Origin: Synergistaceae bacterium
Lineage (GTDB): Bacteria; Synergistota; Synergistia; Synergistales; Synergistaceae
Direction: 5' to 3'
Assembly: GCA_031273805.1 (NCBI GenBank)
Contig: JAISRE010000004.1
Span: 2,103-66,102 of the forward strand
DNA: 64,000 nucleotides
Below the pieces are notes generated by a model. That model ran no database searches. It saw only the letters and a program-made list of their open reading frames with translations, and was not told the DNA's origin. A program made the translations under genes and the position numbers. Of this stretch, positions 1-9,210 are shown piece after piece (position 1 is the stretch's first letter; each line of letters opens with the position of its first letter).

Positions 1-2
1 TG

Positions 3-509
3 TTGCGGCATATATCGGAAAAAACTCAGTTGAATAAGCCGGGGCGCGGCATTGCGTTTACAACTACGATCTCGGCCGTCAACAACTCAGTTCTCCAGTT
101 GATCACAAAGGACGTCGAGGAGAGAGGGGATGAGGATAAATTGGAGACCTGCAAGTCCATTCCGAAATATGACATGATACTGTCGATCATCAACCAGGGG
201 CATCTGGACAAATTGATGACAGCTGCAAAGTCTGCCGGCGCGAGCGGAGGCACCGTTCTCCACGGAAAGAAAATGGGCGTGGAGGAGGACGTGAAATTTT
301 TTGGCATATCCGTTCAGAGCGAGAAGGATATCGTCGTTATACTCACGACTCACGAGAAGAAGAGCGAGATAATGAGGGCGCTGACTCAGGCCTGCGGTTA
401 CAACACTGACGCGCAGGGAGTCATTATCGCTTTGCCTGTGGACGACATTGAAGGACTGAAGTCGGTTACCCAACAGAACTCCGACGACAGCGGCAGCCAA
501 CAGGGCTGA
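3..509 (+). CDS. P-II-like signal transduction protein (nitrogen regulatory protein P-II family), probably 5'-truncated by the window edge
   Basis: The C-terminal ~110 aa (YDMILSIINQGHLDKLMTAAKSAGASGGTVLHGKKMG...GVIIALPVDDIEGL) has the P-II-like pattern. The N-terminal residues (GRGIAFTTTISAV) resemble the end of a preceding P-II-like domain. The frame is open to the window start. Confidence 0.5.
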   Translation: MRHISEKTQLNKPGRGIAFTTTISAVNNSVLQLITKDVEERGDEDKLETCKSIPKYDMILSIINQGHLDKLMTAAKSAGASGGTVLHGKKMGVEEDVKFFGISVQSEKDIVVILTTHEKKSEIMRALTQACGYNTDAQGVIIALPVDDIEGLKSVTQQNSDDSGSQQG

Positions 510-606
510 GTACGTGCATGAACTGCGAGCGAGAGACCGGCTGCCAAAATGGCAGCCGGTCTCTCGCCTCTATGTGGGAGCACCCTCTCGCTTGCCCAGC
601 AGGCCA

Positions 607-2394
607 TCAACCTTTCAGCACAAATTTGTTGTTGCTCTTGTCAGTTGACGAAGCGAGAGGGAGAGTTGTCCTCTCCATCTTGAAGAACTCCAACAGGTCA
701 TCGAGCTCCTCCACCAGCTTCGATAATCCCTCAGAACCCACCGCGATACGATCAGCCGCATTCGATACCTCTCCGGCGCCAGAACGTATGTTTTCTCCGG
801 CATCGGCGGCGTTTCTGACTCTTGTCGCTATGCTCTCCACCGCCTCGGCAATCTCCTCGCTCGACGCGGCCTGCTCCTGAGAGATCGCGGCGAGATCCTG
901 AGTCTCCCCCGCTATGTCGCTCAGGTACGAGATCATGTTTTCCAGAATCTCCTCCGTCTTTCTGGAGATCTCCTTCGCCTCCTCGGAGGCTTTGGCGTTG
1001 TCCCAAGACATGTCCACAACTTTGTTGAGCTCTGTCTTGATCGTCATCGCTAGCCCTTCGATATTCTTTGCCGCGACGTTGCTGTCCTCGGCGAGCTTGC
1101 GGACCTCCTCCGCTACGACCGCAAATCCGCGCCCCGCCTCGCCCGCCCTCGCCGCTTCGATGGCTGCGTTGAGCGCGAGCAGATTGGTCTGCTCGGCTAT
1201 GTCGTTTATCTGCGATACGAAGCCCTGTATCTGGTTCGCCCTATCTCCAAGCTCCTGCACGGACTTCGCAGTTGCGGAGGCGTTGTCAACCACGCTCTCG
1301 ATTCCCGTGACCGCCTTTCGCACAAACTCCATGCCGTTATCCCCGGCCCTCATTGCGTCGTCGACCTTTGTGGCGATATCGGTCCCCTTCCCCGCAGTCG
1401 TCTGCGCGCCCGAGGCGACCTCCTCGACGGACGCGTTTACCTCCTCCCCTGTGGCGGCCAGGGAGTCCAGATTGGCGCCCATCTCGTCCACGTTCGAGCG
1501 AAACTCCTGCACGGACGCGCTGGTCTCCTGCGCGAGGGCGGAGAAGTCGTGGGAGGTTTCCATTATGTGTCTGCTGGCGTTCTTGACTGAGCCGATGATA
1601 TCCTTGAGTTTGTCCGCCATATTCTGGAGAGCCCTTCCCATGACGGCGAGCTCATCCCTGCCGTGCGACGAGAACTTGCTGGCCAGGTCTCCCTCGGCAA
1701 AGAGGTTTACGCTGTTCTGTATCTTGTTTATCGGGCCTGTTATTGTCTTGGAGACAAATATGCTGAGGAGTATCCCCAACAGGACGGCGGCAGTCGAGGT
1801 ATAGGCAATCTGGATGCCGCCGCGCGTCGCTTCCGATTTGGCAATGGTCGTCGCCTCGTCGCCTTTTTGGATCAGAAACTCAGTCAGTGCCGCAAATCCG
1901 TCGGCGTACTCGTTTTCCCACCAGCCGATATCTCCTGTGCTCGTAAGGCGCGGAACGATCAGGGCGCGGGGGATTTTTTCAAGGGCCCCGTCAATTGCCT
2001 CGTCCTGAAATTTCCTGTACTCCGGGCCTGTTTTTAAGAGACTGCTGTGAACCTTCTTTGCCTCCGGCGACAGCAATTCAGGATTCAGCACCTTTACCAG
2101 ATCGGCAATGGCTGCTCTGTTTTGGGTGACGCGCTCCGCGTAGCTCTTCAGCTCAGAATCCACTAAGGTGTTGAACATGCTCAGCACCATTCTTCTGTTC
2201 TCCACGGCAAGACTTCTCGCTTTCAGCATATTCATTGCGGGTTTTGCGTAATTCTCATACGTTTGCTCGATGTCCTGGGCAATCCTCGCGCTTGTGTTGT
2301 AACCTTTAAAGCTGATAATCAGCATCAGCGCGATCAAAATCATGACAAGGGCTAGGATTTTTAACATTGTGCTGAGATTTCTAAACCATTTCAT
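607..2394 (-). CDS. methyl-accepting chemotaxis protein
   Basis: 595 aa with an N-terminal TM, a periplasmic domain, a second TM and a HAMP-like segment. The highly conserved MCP signalling hairpin is present ([36 protein letters not shown]). ATG start with a G-rich RBS. Confidence 0.9.
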   Translation of the reverse strand: MKWFRNLSTMLKILALVMILIALMLIISFKGYNTSARIAQDIEQTYENYAKPAMNMLKARSLAVENRRMVLSMFNTLVDSELKSYAERVTQNRAAIADLVKVLNPELLSPEAKKVHSSLLKTGPEYRKFQDEAIDGALEKIPRALIVPRLTSTGDIGWWENEYADGFAALTEFLIQKGDEATTIAKSEATRGGIQIAYTSTAAVLLGILLSIFVSKTITGPINKIQNSVNLFAEGDLASKFSSHGRDELAVMGRALQNMADKLKDIIGSVKNASRHIMETSHDFSALAQETSASVQEFRSNVDEMGANLDSLAATGEEVNASVEEVASGAQTTAGKGTDIATKVDDAMRAGDNGMEFVRKAVTGIESVVDNASATAKSVQELGDRANQIQGFVSQINDIAEQTNLLALNAAIEAARAGEAGRGFAVVAEEVRKLAEDSNVAAKNIEGLAMTIKTELNKVVDMSWDNAKASEEAKEISRKTEEILENMISYLSDIAGETQDLAAISQEQAASSEEIAEAVESIATRVRNAADAGENIRSGAGEVSNAADRIAVGSEGLSKLVEELDDLLEFFKMERTTLPLASSTDKSNNKFVLKG

Positions 2395-2699
2395 AATATA
2401 TACCCCCCTGGTATTATTGCATTTGGCATCATCCTGTAGGGGAATGACAGCTAGATGGAAATTTCCAAATTACAACATATTTATGCGCATTGACATGTCT
2501 CGAGCGTAATTTGGATGATTCGCAAAAAGTATAGTTGGCTTTTGATCCGGTTGTCAATTTAAAAAATATGATTAGAAACTAAGCAATATTTCGGTGTTTA
2601 TTATATTTTTGCCTAGATATTTTAGGATTATTCCGCCGATTTTATATTTAGGGTATAAAGCGTTGGTTGATAATATTTCTCAATGATAAATTAACTTGA

Positions 2700-2716
2700 G
2701 GAATCGCTGGTTAAAT
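2700..2716. repeat. solo copy of repeat-family-A terminal motif (GGAATCGCTGGTTAAAT)
   Basis: Matches the 16-18 nt motif found at about 14 sites in the window. Confidence 0.5.
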
Positions 2717-2731
2717 GTTCCACCGGAAGGT

Positions 2732-2767
2732 AAAAAAATAGCGGTCCCCCCAACAGAGAGGCCCGCT
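2732..2767 (-). terminator. rho-independent terminator downstream of rpsD
   Basis: On the minus strand, AGCGGGCC..GGACCGCT forms a stem (one mismatch) followed by ATTTTTTT, about 14 nt after the rpsD stop. Confidence 0.6.
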
Positions 2768-2780
2768 TCGGTCCGTCGTG

Positions 2781-3383
2781 TTATTTGGAGAAGAGCTCGA
2801 CCACCAGGATTTCGTTGGCGTCTATAGGAATCTCGTCGCGCATCGGTTCTCTGGTCAATGTCCCGCTGAACTGCTCCAGATTCTTTTCAATGTAGGGAAG
2901 GTCGAAGTTGCGCAGCTCCTGAAAGTTGGAGCGAATTGCCTCGTTCTCTCTCGACTTCTCGCAAAGAGAGATCACGTCCCCCTGTTTGCAGGCGTAGGAT
3001 GGAATGTCGAGTTTGCGCCCGTTTACAAGAATGTGTCCGTGGTTCACGATCTGACGCGATTGGCGGATTGAGCGCCCGAAGCCTATCCGATAGACCAGGT
3101 TGTCCAATCTGCACTCAAGGCCCTTAAGCATCGCGACGCCTGTCGCCTCGGGGCTCTTCTGTCCCCTCTTGTAGTAGCGCACGAACTGGCGCTCGAGCAC
3201 TCCGTAGTATGCCTTTATCTTCTGTTTCTCCATCAGCTGAAGACCATACTCGGAGGTTTTCTTCCCCGCTCGGCCGCCCTTCTGCGCCTGGGCGCTCACC
3301 CTTTTCAGCGCCTTGGGATGATTGTAAACATTCACACCCAGCCGACGGCAGAGCTTAAACCGCGGCTCTCTTCTGGTTGCCAT
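2781..3383 (-). CDS. rpsD: 30S ribosomal protein S4
   Basis: 200 aa, [19 protein letters not shown]...[22 protein letters not shown], with the S4 RNA-binding domain ([30 protein letters not shown]). Confidence 0.95.
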   Translation of the reverse strand: MATRREPRFKLCRRLGVNVYNHPKALKRVSAQAQKGGRAGKKTSEYGLQLMEKQKIKAYYGVLERQFVRYYKRGQKSPEATGVAMLKGLECRLDNLVYRIGFGRSIRQSRQIVNHGHILVNGRKLDIPSYACKQGDVISLCEKSRENEAIRSNFQELRNFDLPYIEKNLEQFSGTLTREPMRDEIPIDANEILVVELFSK

Positions 3384-3517
3384 GACGACACTCCTTTACA
3401 GAATATAAAATATAATATACAGCCCACGAATACTCTCGGGGCCATTCTATTCAGCCAATGGATTTTACCACCGGATGAGGAAAAAGTAAACGGCCTTGGC
3501 AAATATTTACTATTACG

Positions 3518-3546
3518 TTGACTTGGCGTAGGTAAGGGGATAAAAT
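3518..3546 (+). promoter_or_regulatory. candidate sigma70-type promoter for the RpiR-family gene
   Basis: TTGACT, a 17-nt spacer, then TAAAAT, about 55 nt upstream of the ATG at 3601. Confidence 0.4.
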
Positions 3547-3600
3547 TAGGTTCCATTTTATTGAGTAATAGCCTTATTGAAGGACAAAGGAGAGTTGCGA

Positions 3601-4467
3601 ATGGATAGTGTTGATCTTCAAAATATGATGCTGCAAAAAATCACGAGCATGCCGAACAAAGCGCGCCGTGTGACGGCTTATTTGCTTTCGAACATGAGGA
3701 AAGCGGCCTTCAAATCGATCGGCGAGGTGGCGGACGAGCTCGAGGTTTCGAAGGCTCAGCTCGTACGTGTGGCCAGAGTTCTCGGGTTCAGCGGTTACTC
3801 AGAGCTCAAGGACTGTCTGCAGACGGTCATTCTCGAGCAGATCAATCCGGCCGCCATGTTGACCAAAGCCGTGGACATGAAGGATGAACTGCCGGAGAAC
3901 ATACTGCACGTGGAACATGCGAACATCGAGGACACCTGGGCGCAGATCGACATGGGAAAGATACATGAATTCTGCGGTATGGTGGAGTCCGCTGACACAA
4001 TTGCCTTTGTCGGGTGGGGTATTTCCTCCCTCGTGATGGAGCTTGCGTATATGCGCTTCTGCGTCATGGGGCTTCAGGCCGTTCTCTTCAAGAGGGGAAG
4101 TCTTTCGCTGGTGGAGCAGGTGCGCACTCTCAAGCAGAACAGTCTGCTCGTGGTGTGCGAGATGCCCAGCTACGCCATTGGAGTCACCGAGGCTATCGAG
4201 GAGGGGCATGAAAAGGGAGTCAAGATAGCGTCTATCACTGACAGCCCTGCTGCGCCCGTGTGCCGCTACTCCGACATATCGTTTTTTGTATCGGCAGCCA
4301 GTCCGACGTTTGGCAGCAGTATAATAGGCCCGCTCTTTCTGGTTCATCTCATGACGTCGTCTCTGGTGGTGCACCTTGGCGAGCCGGCTCGCGACGCGCT
4401 GGAAAAGCAGGCCGCTTATCTGCACGACGAGCGCTTCTTCCATCCAATCTTTGGCTTGAAGTATTAA
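3601..4467 (+). CDS. MurR/RpiR family transcriptional regulator (HTH + SIS domain)
   Basis: N-terminal HTH_6-like region (ITSMPNKARRVTAYLLSNMRKAAFKSIGEVADELEVSKAQLVRVARVLGFSGYSELK) and a C-terminal SIS-like fold. ATG at 3601 is preceded by AAAGGAGAG. Confidence 0.8.
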   Translation: MDSVDLQNMMLQKITSMPNKARRVTAYLLSNMRKAAFKSIGEVADELEVSKAQLVRVARVLGFSGYSELKDCLQTVILEQINPAAMLTKAVDMKDELPENILHVEHANIEDTWAQIDMGKIHEFCGMVESADTIAFVGWGISSLVMELAYMRFCVMGLQAVLFKRGSLSLVEQVRTLKQNSLLVVCEMPSYAIGVTEAIEEGHEKGVKIASITDSPAAPVCRYSDISFFVSAASPTFGSSIIGPLFLVHLMTSSLVVHLGEPARDALEKQAAYLHDERFFHPIFGLKY

Positions 4468-4643
4468 GGAACCGCTGATTTAAATAACTTTCGACCACAA
4501 TGGGCGCTTTTGCCCACTATCTTTACGGTCGCCATAAAAATGCTCCTAGGGAATAGCTATGCTTGTGGCCATTTGCGGCATTCCGTTATGGCGGAGAACG
4601 AATTTGCCCTATTTCGCCCGAAGAACATTAAATCAGCGATTCC
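4468..4643. mobile_element. MITE-like element, repeat family A (long variant)
   Basis: Bounded by inverted termini GGAACCGCTGATTTAAAT and TTAAATCAGCGATTCC. The sequence next to both termini matches the 82-bp copy at 30566-30647. It starts directly after the RpiR stop codon. Confidence 0.5.
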
Positions 4644-4652
4644 TTCAAGGGA

Positions 4653-4748
4653 GTGTTGATTTATTGTTAGCGGTCTGATGGGCAAAAATTGAACTCGTAT
4701 GGCCTCGGACGGTAAAATGCCGATTTTAGTGATTTAATCAGCGTCGCC
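4653..4748. mobile_element. MITE-like element, repeat family A (second subtype)
   Basis: GTTGATTTATTGTTAG...TTTAATCAGCG. The skeleton is related to the element at 8305-8412. Its right end directly abuts the stop codon (TGA) of the minus-strand gene at 4749. Confidence 0.4.
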
Positions 4749-5387
4749 TCAACCCTCCAGGATCTCGCCCTTTATCGATATCGTGACTACGCGTAATGAT
4801 ATCGATTTGCCGGAGTCCTCCAGCGCGGTGACCACCGCGTGCTCTATGCCCCCGCAGCAGGGGACCTCCATGCGTACAACCGTGATGGATCTGATGTCGT
4901 TTCTGGTGATGATCTCCGCCAATTTCTGGCTGTAGTCCACGCCGTCCAGCTTTGGGCAGCCTATCAGAGTCACGTGACGCCTCATGAACTCATAGTGGAA
5001 GCCGGCGTATGCGTAGGCGGCGCAGTCGGCGGATATCAGCAGATTCGAGCCGTTGAAGTACGGGGCGTTCACCGGAACCAGCTTTATCTGCACGGGCCAT
5101 TGATTCAGCTCGCTCTCCATGCGCGCCTTCACGGCTGTGACCGCCTCCTGCATCAGCTCAGCCGCGCCTCCTCCGGGACATATGCCGGTCGCTCCGTCCC
5201 GCTCTTCAAGCGTGATGGCCCCTGTCGGGCAGACTGGCAGGCACATCCCGAGCCCGTCGCAGTAATCGTCGCGCACTACTCTCGCCCTGCCCTCAATTAT
5301 CTCTATGGCGCCCTCGTGGCAGGCGTCGACGCATAGCCCGCATCCGCCGCACTTTCCCTCGTCTATCTTAATTATTCCGCGCGTCAT
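4749..5387 (-). CDS. 4Fe-4S dicluster ferredoxin-domain protein
   Basis: 212 aa with two CxxCxxCxxxCP-type motifs (CGGCGLCVDACHEGA, CDGLGMCLPVCPTGA) and a Cys-containing C-terminal domain. Divergent from a Crp/Fnr regulator. Confidence 0.75.
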   Translation of the reverse strand: MTRGIIKIDEGKCGGCGLCVDACHEGAIEIIEGRARVVRDDYCDGLGMCLPVCPTGAITLEERDGATGICPGGGAAELMQEAVTAVKARMESELNQWPVQIKLVPVNAPYFNGSNLLISADCAAYAYAGFHYEFMRRHVTLIGCPKLDGVDYSQKLAEIITRNDIRSITVVRMEVPCCGGIEHAVVTALEDSGKSISLRVVTISIKGEILEG

Positions 5388-5401
5388 CAGAAATCCCCTC
5401 C

Positions 5402-5430
5402 TTGACTTACTGAGGTTATGATACTATGCT
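5402..5430 (+). promoter_or_regulatory. candidate promoter for the Crp/Fnr gene
   Basis: TTGACT, a 17-nt spacer, then TATGCT in the divergent intergenic region. Confidence 0.3.
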
Positions 5431-5444
5431 CTCCCAGGATAATC

Positions 5445-5460
5445 TGTTGTAAATACAACA
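5445..5460. promoter_or_regulatory. candidate Crp/Fnr-type operator (TGTTG-N6-CAACA palindrome)
   Basis: A perfect 5-6-5 inverted repeat TGTTGTAAATACAACA lies between the divergent ferredoxin-like and Crp/Fnr genes. Confidence 0.35.
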
Positions 5461-5474
5461 AAAACGGAGATGTC

Positions 5475-6149
5475 ATGGACGAATATATACATATCCTGCA
5501 AAACTGCCCTCTGTTTGCAGGCGTGGCCGAGTCCGACCTGCGCTCAGTGATTAGGTGCCTGTCAGCCAGGGTGTCGCGCTTCGAGAGGGGAGAATTTATA
5601 TTTATGGAGGGCACGGCCGCGATATCTGTCGGCGTGCTGATCTCCGGATGCGTTCATGTGCTCCGAGAGGACTTCTGGGGCAATCGCGCCATAGTGACGC
5701 GCATAGAGCCCGGCGGTATATTCGGGGAAGCGTTTGCGTGCGCGGAGGTCCTGAATTTTCCGGTCAGTGTCATGGCGTCTGAGCGCTCGCGCGTGATGCT
5801 GATAGACTGCAAAAAAATCATCACGATCTGCAGCTCGGCTTGTGAATTTCACTCCCGCCTCATAAAGAACCTGCTTCGGATAATAGCCGACAAAAATGTC
5901 ATGCTCACCCAGCATCTCGATCACGTCACAAGGCGAAGTATCAGGGAGAAATTATTGGCCTACCTCTCGTCGCGGGCGCGCGCTGCTCGCGGCAACTCAT
6001 TCGAAATACCCTTCAACCGCCAGGAGCTGGCCGACTATATCGCAGCCGACAGAAGCGCGATGTCAAGCGAACTGTGCAGGATGCGCGACGAGGGCATACT
6101 GCGCTTTCACAAAAATCACTTCGAGCTTCTTGAGGGAACCACTGATTAA
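5475..6149 (+). CDS. Crp/Fnr family transcriptional regulator
   Basis: cNMP-binding-like N-terminal domain (LFAGVAESDLRSVIRCLSARVSRFERGEFIFMEG) and a C-terminal HTH (FNRQELADYIAADRSAMSSELCRMRDEGIL). ATG at 5475 follows GGAG. Confidence 0.85.
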   Translation: MDEYIHILQNCPLFAGVAESDLRSVIRCLSARVSRFERGEFIFMEGTAAISVGVLISGCVHVLREDFWGNRAIVTRIEPGGIFGEAFACAEVLNFPVSVMASERSRVMLIDCKKIITICSSACEFHSRLIKNLLRIIADKNVMLTQHLDHVTRRSIREKLLAYLSSRARAARGNSFEIPFNRQELADYIAADRSAMSSELCRMRDEGILRFHKNHFELLEGTTD

Positions 6150-6150
6150 C
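6135..6150. repeat. repeat-family-A motif overlapping the last codons and stop of the Crp/Fnr gene
   Basis: GGAACCACTGATTAAC; the TAA inside the motif is the gene's stop codon. Confidence 0.5.
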
Positions 6151-6216
6151 ACGCAATGATCGCTGATCACAACGAACAAAGGGAATAGCGGCAAATCTAT
6201 ATCCCGCAGCGATAAC

Positions 6217-6240
6217 CTCCGGCTTGACCGGAGGACCCAC
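6217..6240. repeat. repeat family B hairpin (partial copy)
   Basis: CCTCCGGCTTGACCGGAGGACCCA, which matches the 33-nt copies at 12659 and 58177. Confidence 0.6.
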
Positions 6241-6335
6241 GGATGTACGTGATCGATGGTCGTCTTCTTTGACAGCAAGCGTGTCCGGGGAACTTTTTTA
6301 TCCGGTTCCCCAGCCACGCTTGCCAGTATATTCTC

Positions 6336-7349
6336 TCAATGCTTGCGGTTCTGGCTTAACTGGTAGGAGACGTCCACTATCATGTCCTCCTGCCCGCCTA
6401 TCATCTTTCTGCGCCCGAGTTCCATCATGATGTCGCGCGGCTCCAGCTTGAACCTCTCCGCCGCGTTGTACACGTGCAGGAGAAAGCTCGAATACACGCC
6501 GGAGTAGCCGAGCATGAGAGAGCCTGTGTCTATGACCTGTGGACGCTGCATAATCGGCGGCATAACGTCGCGCGCCATGTCCATCAGCCCGTAGAAGTCC
6601 AGCCCGGTCTCACATCCCTTGCGCTGCAGCACGCCTGCCAATACCTCCAGCTGAGTGTTGCCGGCGCCCGCGCCAAGTCCGCACAGAGTCGCGTCGATGT
6701 AGGCCGCCCCTGCATCGATGGCGGCAAGAGAGTTCGCCACCGCCAGGGAGAGGTTGTTGTGGGCGTGGAAGCCAATAGGTATCCTGAGCGCGCGTTTCAG
6801 CGCTTCTATGCGGAGCTTGACCCCCTCCGGGAGAAGATAGCCCGCCGAGTCCGCTATGTTGACGTAGTCGGCGCCGTAACTCTCCATTTTAAGAGCCTCC
6901 TCCGCGATTGCCTCCGGCTCTGACATGTGGGCGAGCATCAGGAAGCCGACGACGAACATGCCGAGGTCCTTTGCCGCCGCGATATGCTGGGCGGAGACGT
7001 CCGCCTCCGTGATGTGCGTGGCCACGCGAACCGCTGATGCGCCGCAGTCACTAGCCTCCTTCAGGCGTTCGATCGTTCCGATTCCCGGGAGAAGGAGGAC
7101 CGTCAGCCTGGCGTTTTTGACGTGTTCCGCCGCAGCCTTGAGCAGCTCGAGTTCGTCCACCTTGGAGAATCCGTAGGTGTAGCTGGAGCCGCCCAGCCCG
7201 TCGCCGTGCGACAGCTCTATAAATTCTACCCCGCACCGGTCGAGCCCGCCGGCTATGGCCGCGACCTGCTCCCTGTCGAAGCTGTGTCTCACAGCGTGGC
7301 TTCCGTCGCGCAGGGTGGTGTCGACCACGTGGATATGCTGCTCGCTCAT
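6336..7349 (-). CDS. dmpG: 4-hydroxy-2-oxovalerate aldolase
   Basis: 337 aa, [18 protein letters not shown]...[24 protein letters not shown], a DmpG/MhpE/BphI-type HMGL-like aldolase. Its start overlaps the upstream gene's stop by 4 nt (ATGA). Confidence 0.9.
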   Translation of the reverse strand: MSEQHIHVVDTTLRDGSHAVRHSFDREQVAAIAGGLDRCGVEFIELSHGDGLGGSSYTYGFSKVDELELLKAAAEHVKNARLTVLLLPGIGTIERLKEASDCGASAVRVATHITEADVSAQHIAAAKDLGMFVVGFLMLAHMSEPEAIAEEALKMESYGADYVNIADSAGYLLPEGVKLRIEALKRALRIPIGFHAHNNLSLAVANSLAAIDAGAAYIDATLCGLGAGAGNTQLEVLAGVLQRKGCETGLDFYGLMDMARDVMPPIMQRPQVIDTGSLMLGYSGVYSSFLLHVYNAAERFKLEPRDIMMELGRRKMIGGQEDMIVDVSYQLSQNRKH

Positions 7350-8236
7350 TTGGACGGCTCCTCTCCTGGGATGCCGAGCAGGTTGGCGGCCAGACGCTCC
7401 GCTGCGGCCACAGCTGCGGAGTTGATTATGTCAAGGTTGCCGGAGTACGGCGGGAGGAAGTCCCCCTGCCCCTGAACCTCGATTATGGTCGTCACCTTCT
7501 CGCCCTCTATTATCGGCGGAACGCGCAATTTGTAGCCCGGCACGTATTTCTGTATCTCCGCCACTATTTCGCCGATCGACGCGGTTATCCTGTCCGCCGG
7601 GACACTGCGGTCCTTCACGCGGACTATGACCGTATTGGTCATCATGAGCGGCGGGTCTGCGGGGTTCAGCACGATTATTGCCTTGCCCCTCTCCGCGCCG
7701 CCCACGACCTCGATTGCCCTGGACGTCGTCTCGGTGAACTCATCCATGTTTGCCCGGGTCCCGGGTCCGGCGCTCCTGGACGATATGCAGGCGACTATCT
7801 CCGCGTACTCCGCTCCGGCCACGCGGGATACGGCGTAGACTATGGGGATTGTCGCCTGCCCTCCGCACGTCACCATGTTGATGTTGGGTTCATGGGAGAG
7901 GGCATTCAAGTTGACGCAGGGGACGCAGTATGGTCCTACGGCTGCAGGCGTCAGGTCTATCGCTATTTGCCCGGCCTCCCTCAGCAGCGGCGCGTTATTG
8001 AGGTGAGCAGCCGCGCTCGTCGCCTCGAATACGATTTTGATGTCGCGCTCACCGGTAATCGCGGCCGCTCCGAGAGTCGAGGTCTTGACGCCCATAGATC
8101 GGGCTCTCCTGATCCCTTCAGATTCCACTATTCCGGCCATCATGCCCATCTCCAGATATTTGCTGCGAAAGACCTTGTACATCAGATCGGCCCCGATGTT
8201 GCCCGGCCCGATTATTCCGGCTTTTATCCTGTCCAA
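7346..8236 (-). CDS. dmpF: acetaldehyde dehydrogenase (acetylating)
   Basis: 296 aa, [17 protein letters not shown]...[12 protein letters not shown], typical of DmpF/MhpF. TTG start after GGAGGAGGGGAG. Confidence 0.9.
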   Translation of the reverse strand: MDRIKAGIIGPGNIGADLMYKVFRSKYLEMGMMAGIVESEGIRRARSMGVKTSTLGAAAITGERDIKIVFEATSAAAHLNNAPLLREAGQIAIDLTPAAVGPYCVPCVNLNALSHEPNINMVTCGGQATIPIVYAVSRVAGAEYAEIVACISSRSAGPGTRANMDEFTETTSRAIEVVGGAERGKAIIVLNPADPPLMMTNTVIVRVKDRSVPADRITASIGEIVAEIQKYVPGYKLRVPPIIEGEKVTTIIEVQGQGDFLPPYSGNLDIINSAAVAAAERLAANLLGIPGEEPSK

Positions 8237-8304
8237 ACGCTCCCCTCCTCCCTATAATGTTTCACGTGAAGCGTAACATTTGTAACTATAAACGATCTTC
8301 CTAC

Positions 8305-8412
8305 GGAAGCGCTGATTTATCGTTAGAAGCCTAAAGGGTGAAGATTTAAACCCTTGCGGCGTCTGTGCTCCTAAACAGCAAAACGCTTTAAGCGAATCAA
8401 TCAGTGATTTCC
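8305..8412. mobile_element. MITE-like element, repeat family A (second subtype), inside the meta-cleavage operon
   Basis: Inverted termini GGAAGCGCTGATTTAT and AATCAGTGATTTCC. The right end overlaps the hydratase stop codon. Confidence 0.45.
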
Positions 8413-9194
8413 TACACAAACTCAGCGCGAATGACGCCGAACTCGGAAAATCGCGCCTCGAACACGTCTCCGCGCGACGCGGACGGGGCCGAGGACAGCG
8501 CTCCGGAGAGGACTATCTCCCCTTTTTTCAGGACGACCCCATAGTTCCAGAGCTTGTTGGAGAGCCACGCGACCGAGACCGAAGGATCTCCGAGGACGGC
8601 CGCGCCCGTACCCTCTCCCGCCGGTTCGCCGTTTTTATAGAGCTTCATAGTTATCGAGGGGAGGTCTATATCGCGCGGGTGGAACCTGCGCTCCCCCAGG
8701 ACGTAGCAGCCGGATGAGGCGTTGTCGGCGATCGTGTCCGGCAGCTTTATCCTCCAGTCGCGCACGCGGCTGTCGACTATCTCGAACGCGCCCACGACAT
8801 AGTCAGTCGCGGCGATGACGTCCGAGGCGGAGACACTGCCTCCTGAGAGATCCTCCTTTAAGATATAGGCAATCTCCGCTTCGATCTTAGGCTGCAAAAA
8901 TTCATCGGTCGGAATGCGCCCGTCAGTGTGCAGCATGTCGCTGAACAGGTGACCGTAGTCGGGTTCGTCGACCCCAAGCTGAGTCTGCATTCCCTTTGAC
9001 GTCAGCCCTATCTTCTTGCCGGAAATCGACCTGCCCTGGCCGACGGCGCGATTGACGTTTATCATCTGGACCGCGTATGCGTCGTCCACCGCGAACGTTG
9101 GATCAATATCGGTCAGGGCATCGATCGCCACCCGACTGGCGCCGGCATTGTAGAGCAATCCCGCAAATTCGGCTGTTCTCGGGTGTGCCGCCAT
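8412..9194 (-). CDS. 2-oxopent-4-enoate (2-keto-4-pentenoate) hydratase
   Basis: 260 aa of the MhpD/XylJ/DmpE type in the FAH superfamily (VQMINVNRAV..GRSISGKKIGLTSKGMQTQLGVDEPDYGHLF). Confidence 0.85.
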   Translation of the reverse strand: MAAHPRTAEFAGLLYNAGASRVAIDALTDIDPTFAVDDAYAVQMINVNRAVGQGRSISGKKIGLTSKGMQTQLGVDEPDYGHLFSDMLHTDGRIPTDEFLQPKIEAEIAYILKEDLSGGSVSASDVIAATDYVVGAFEIVDSRVRDWRIKLPDTIADNASSGCYVLGERRFHPRDIDLPSITMKLYKNGEPAGEGTGAAVLGDPSVSVAWLSNKLWNYGVVLKKGEIVLSGALSSAPSASRGDVFEARFSEFGVIRAEFV

Positions 9195-9210
9195 AGTCAG
9201 CCTCCCGGTC

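Noticed and set aside
914-1804. 296-aa plus-strand ORF (Ser/Ala-rich) in the track
   Set aside because: It lies entirely antisense to the well-supported methyl-accepting chemotaxis protein gene. Its low-complexity composition is typical of shadow ORFs in GC-rich DNA.
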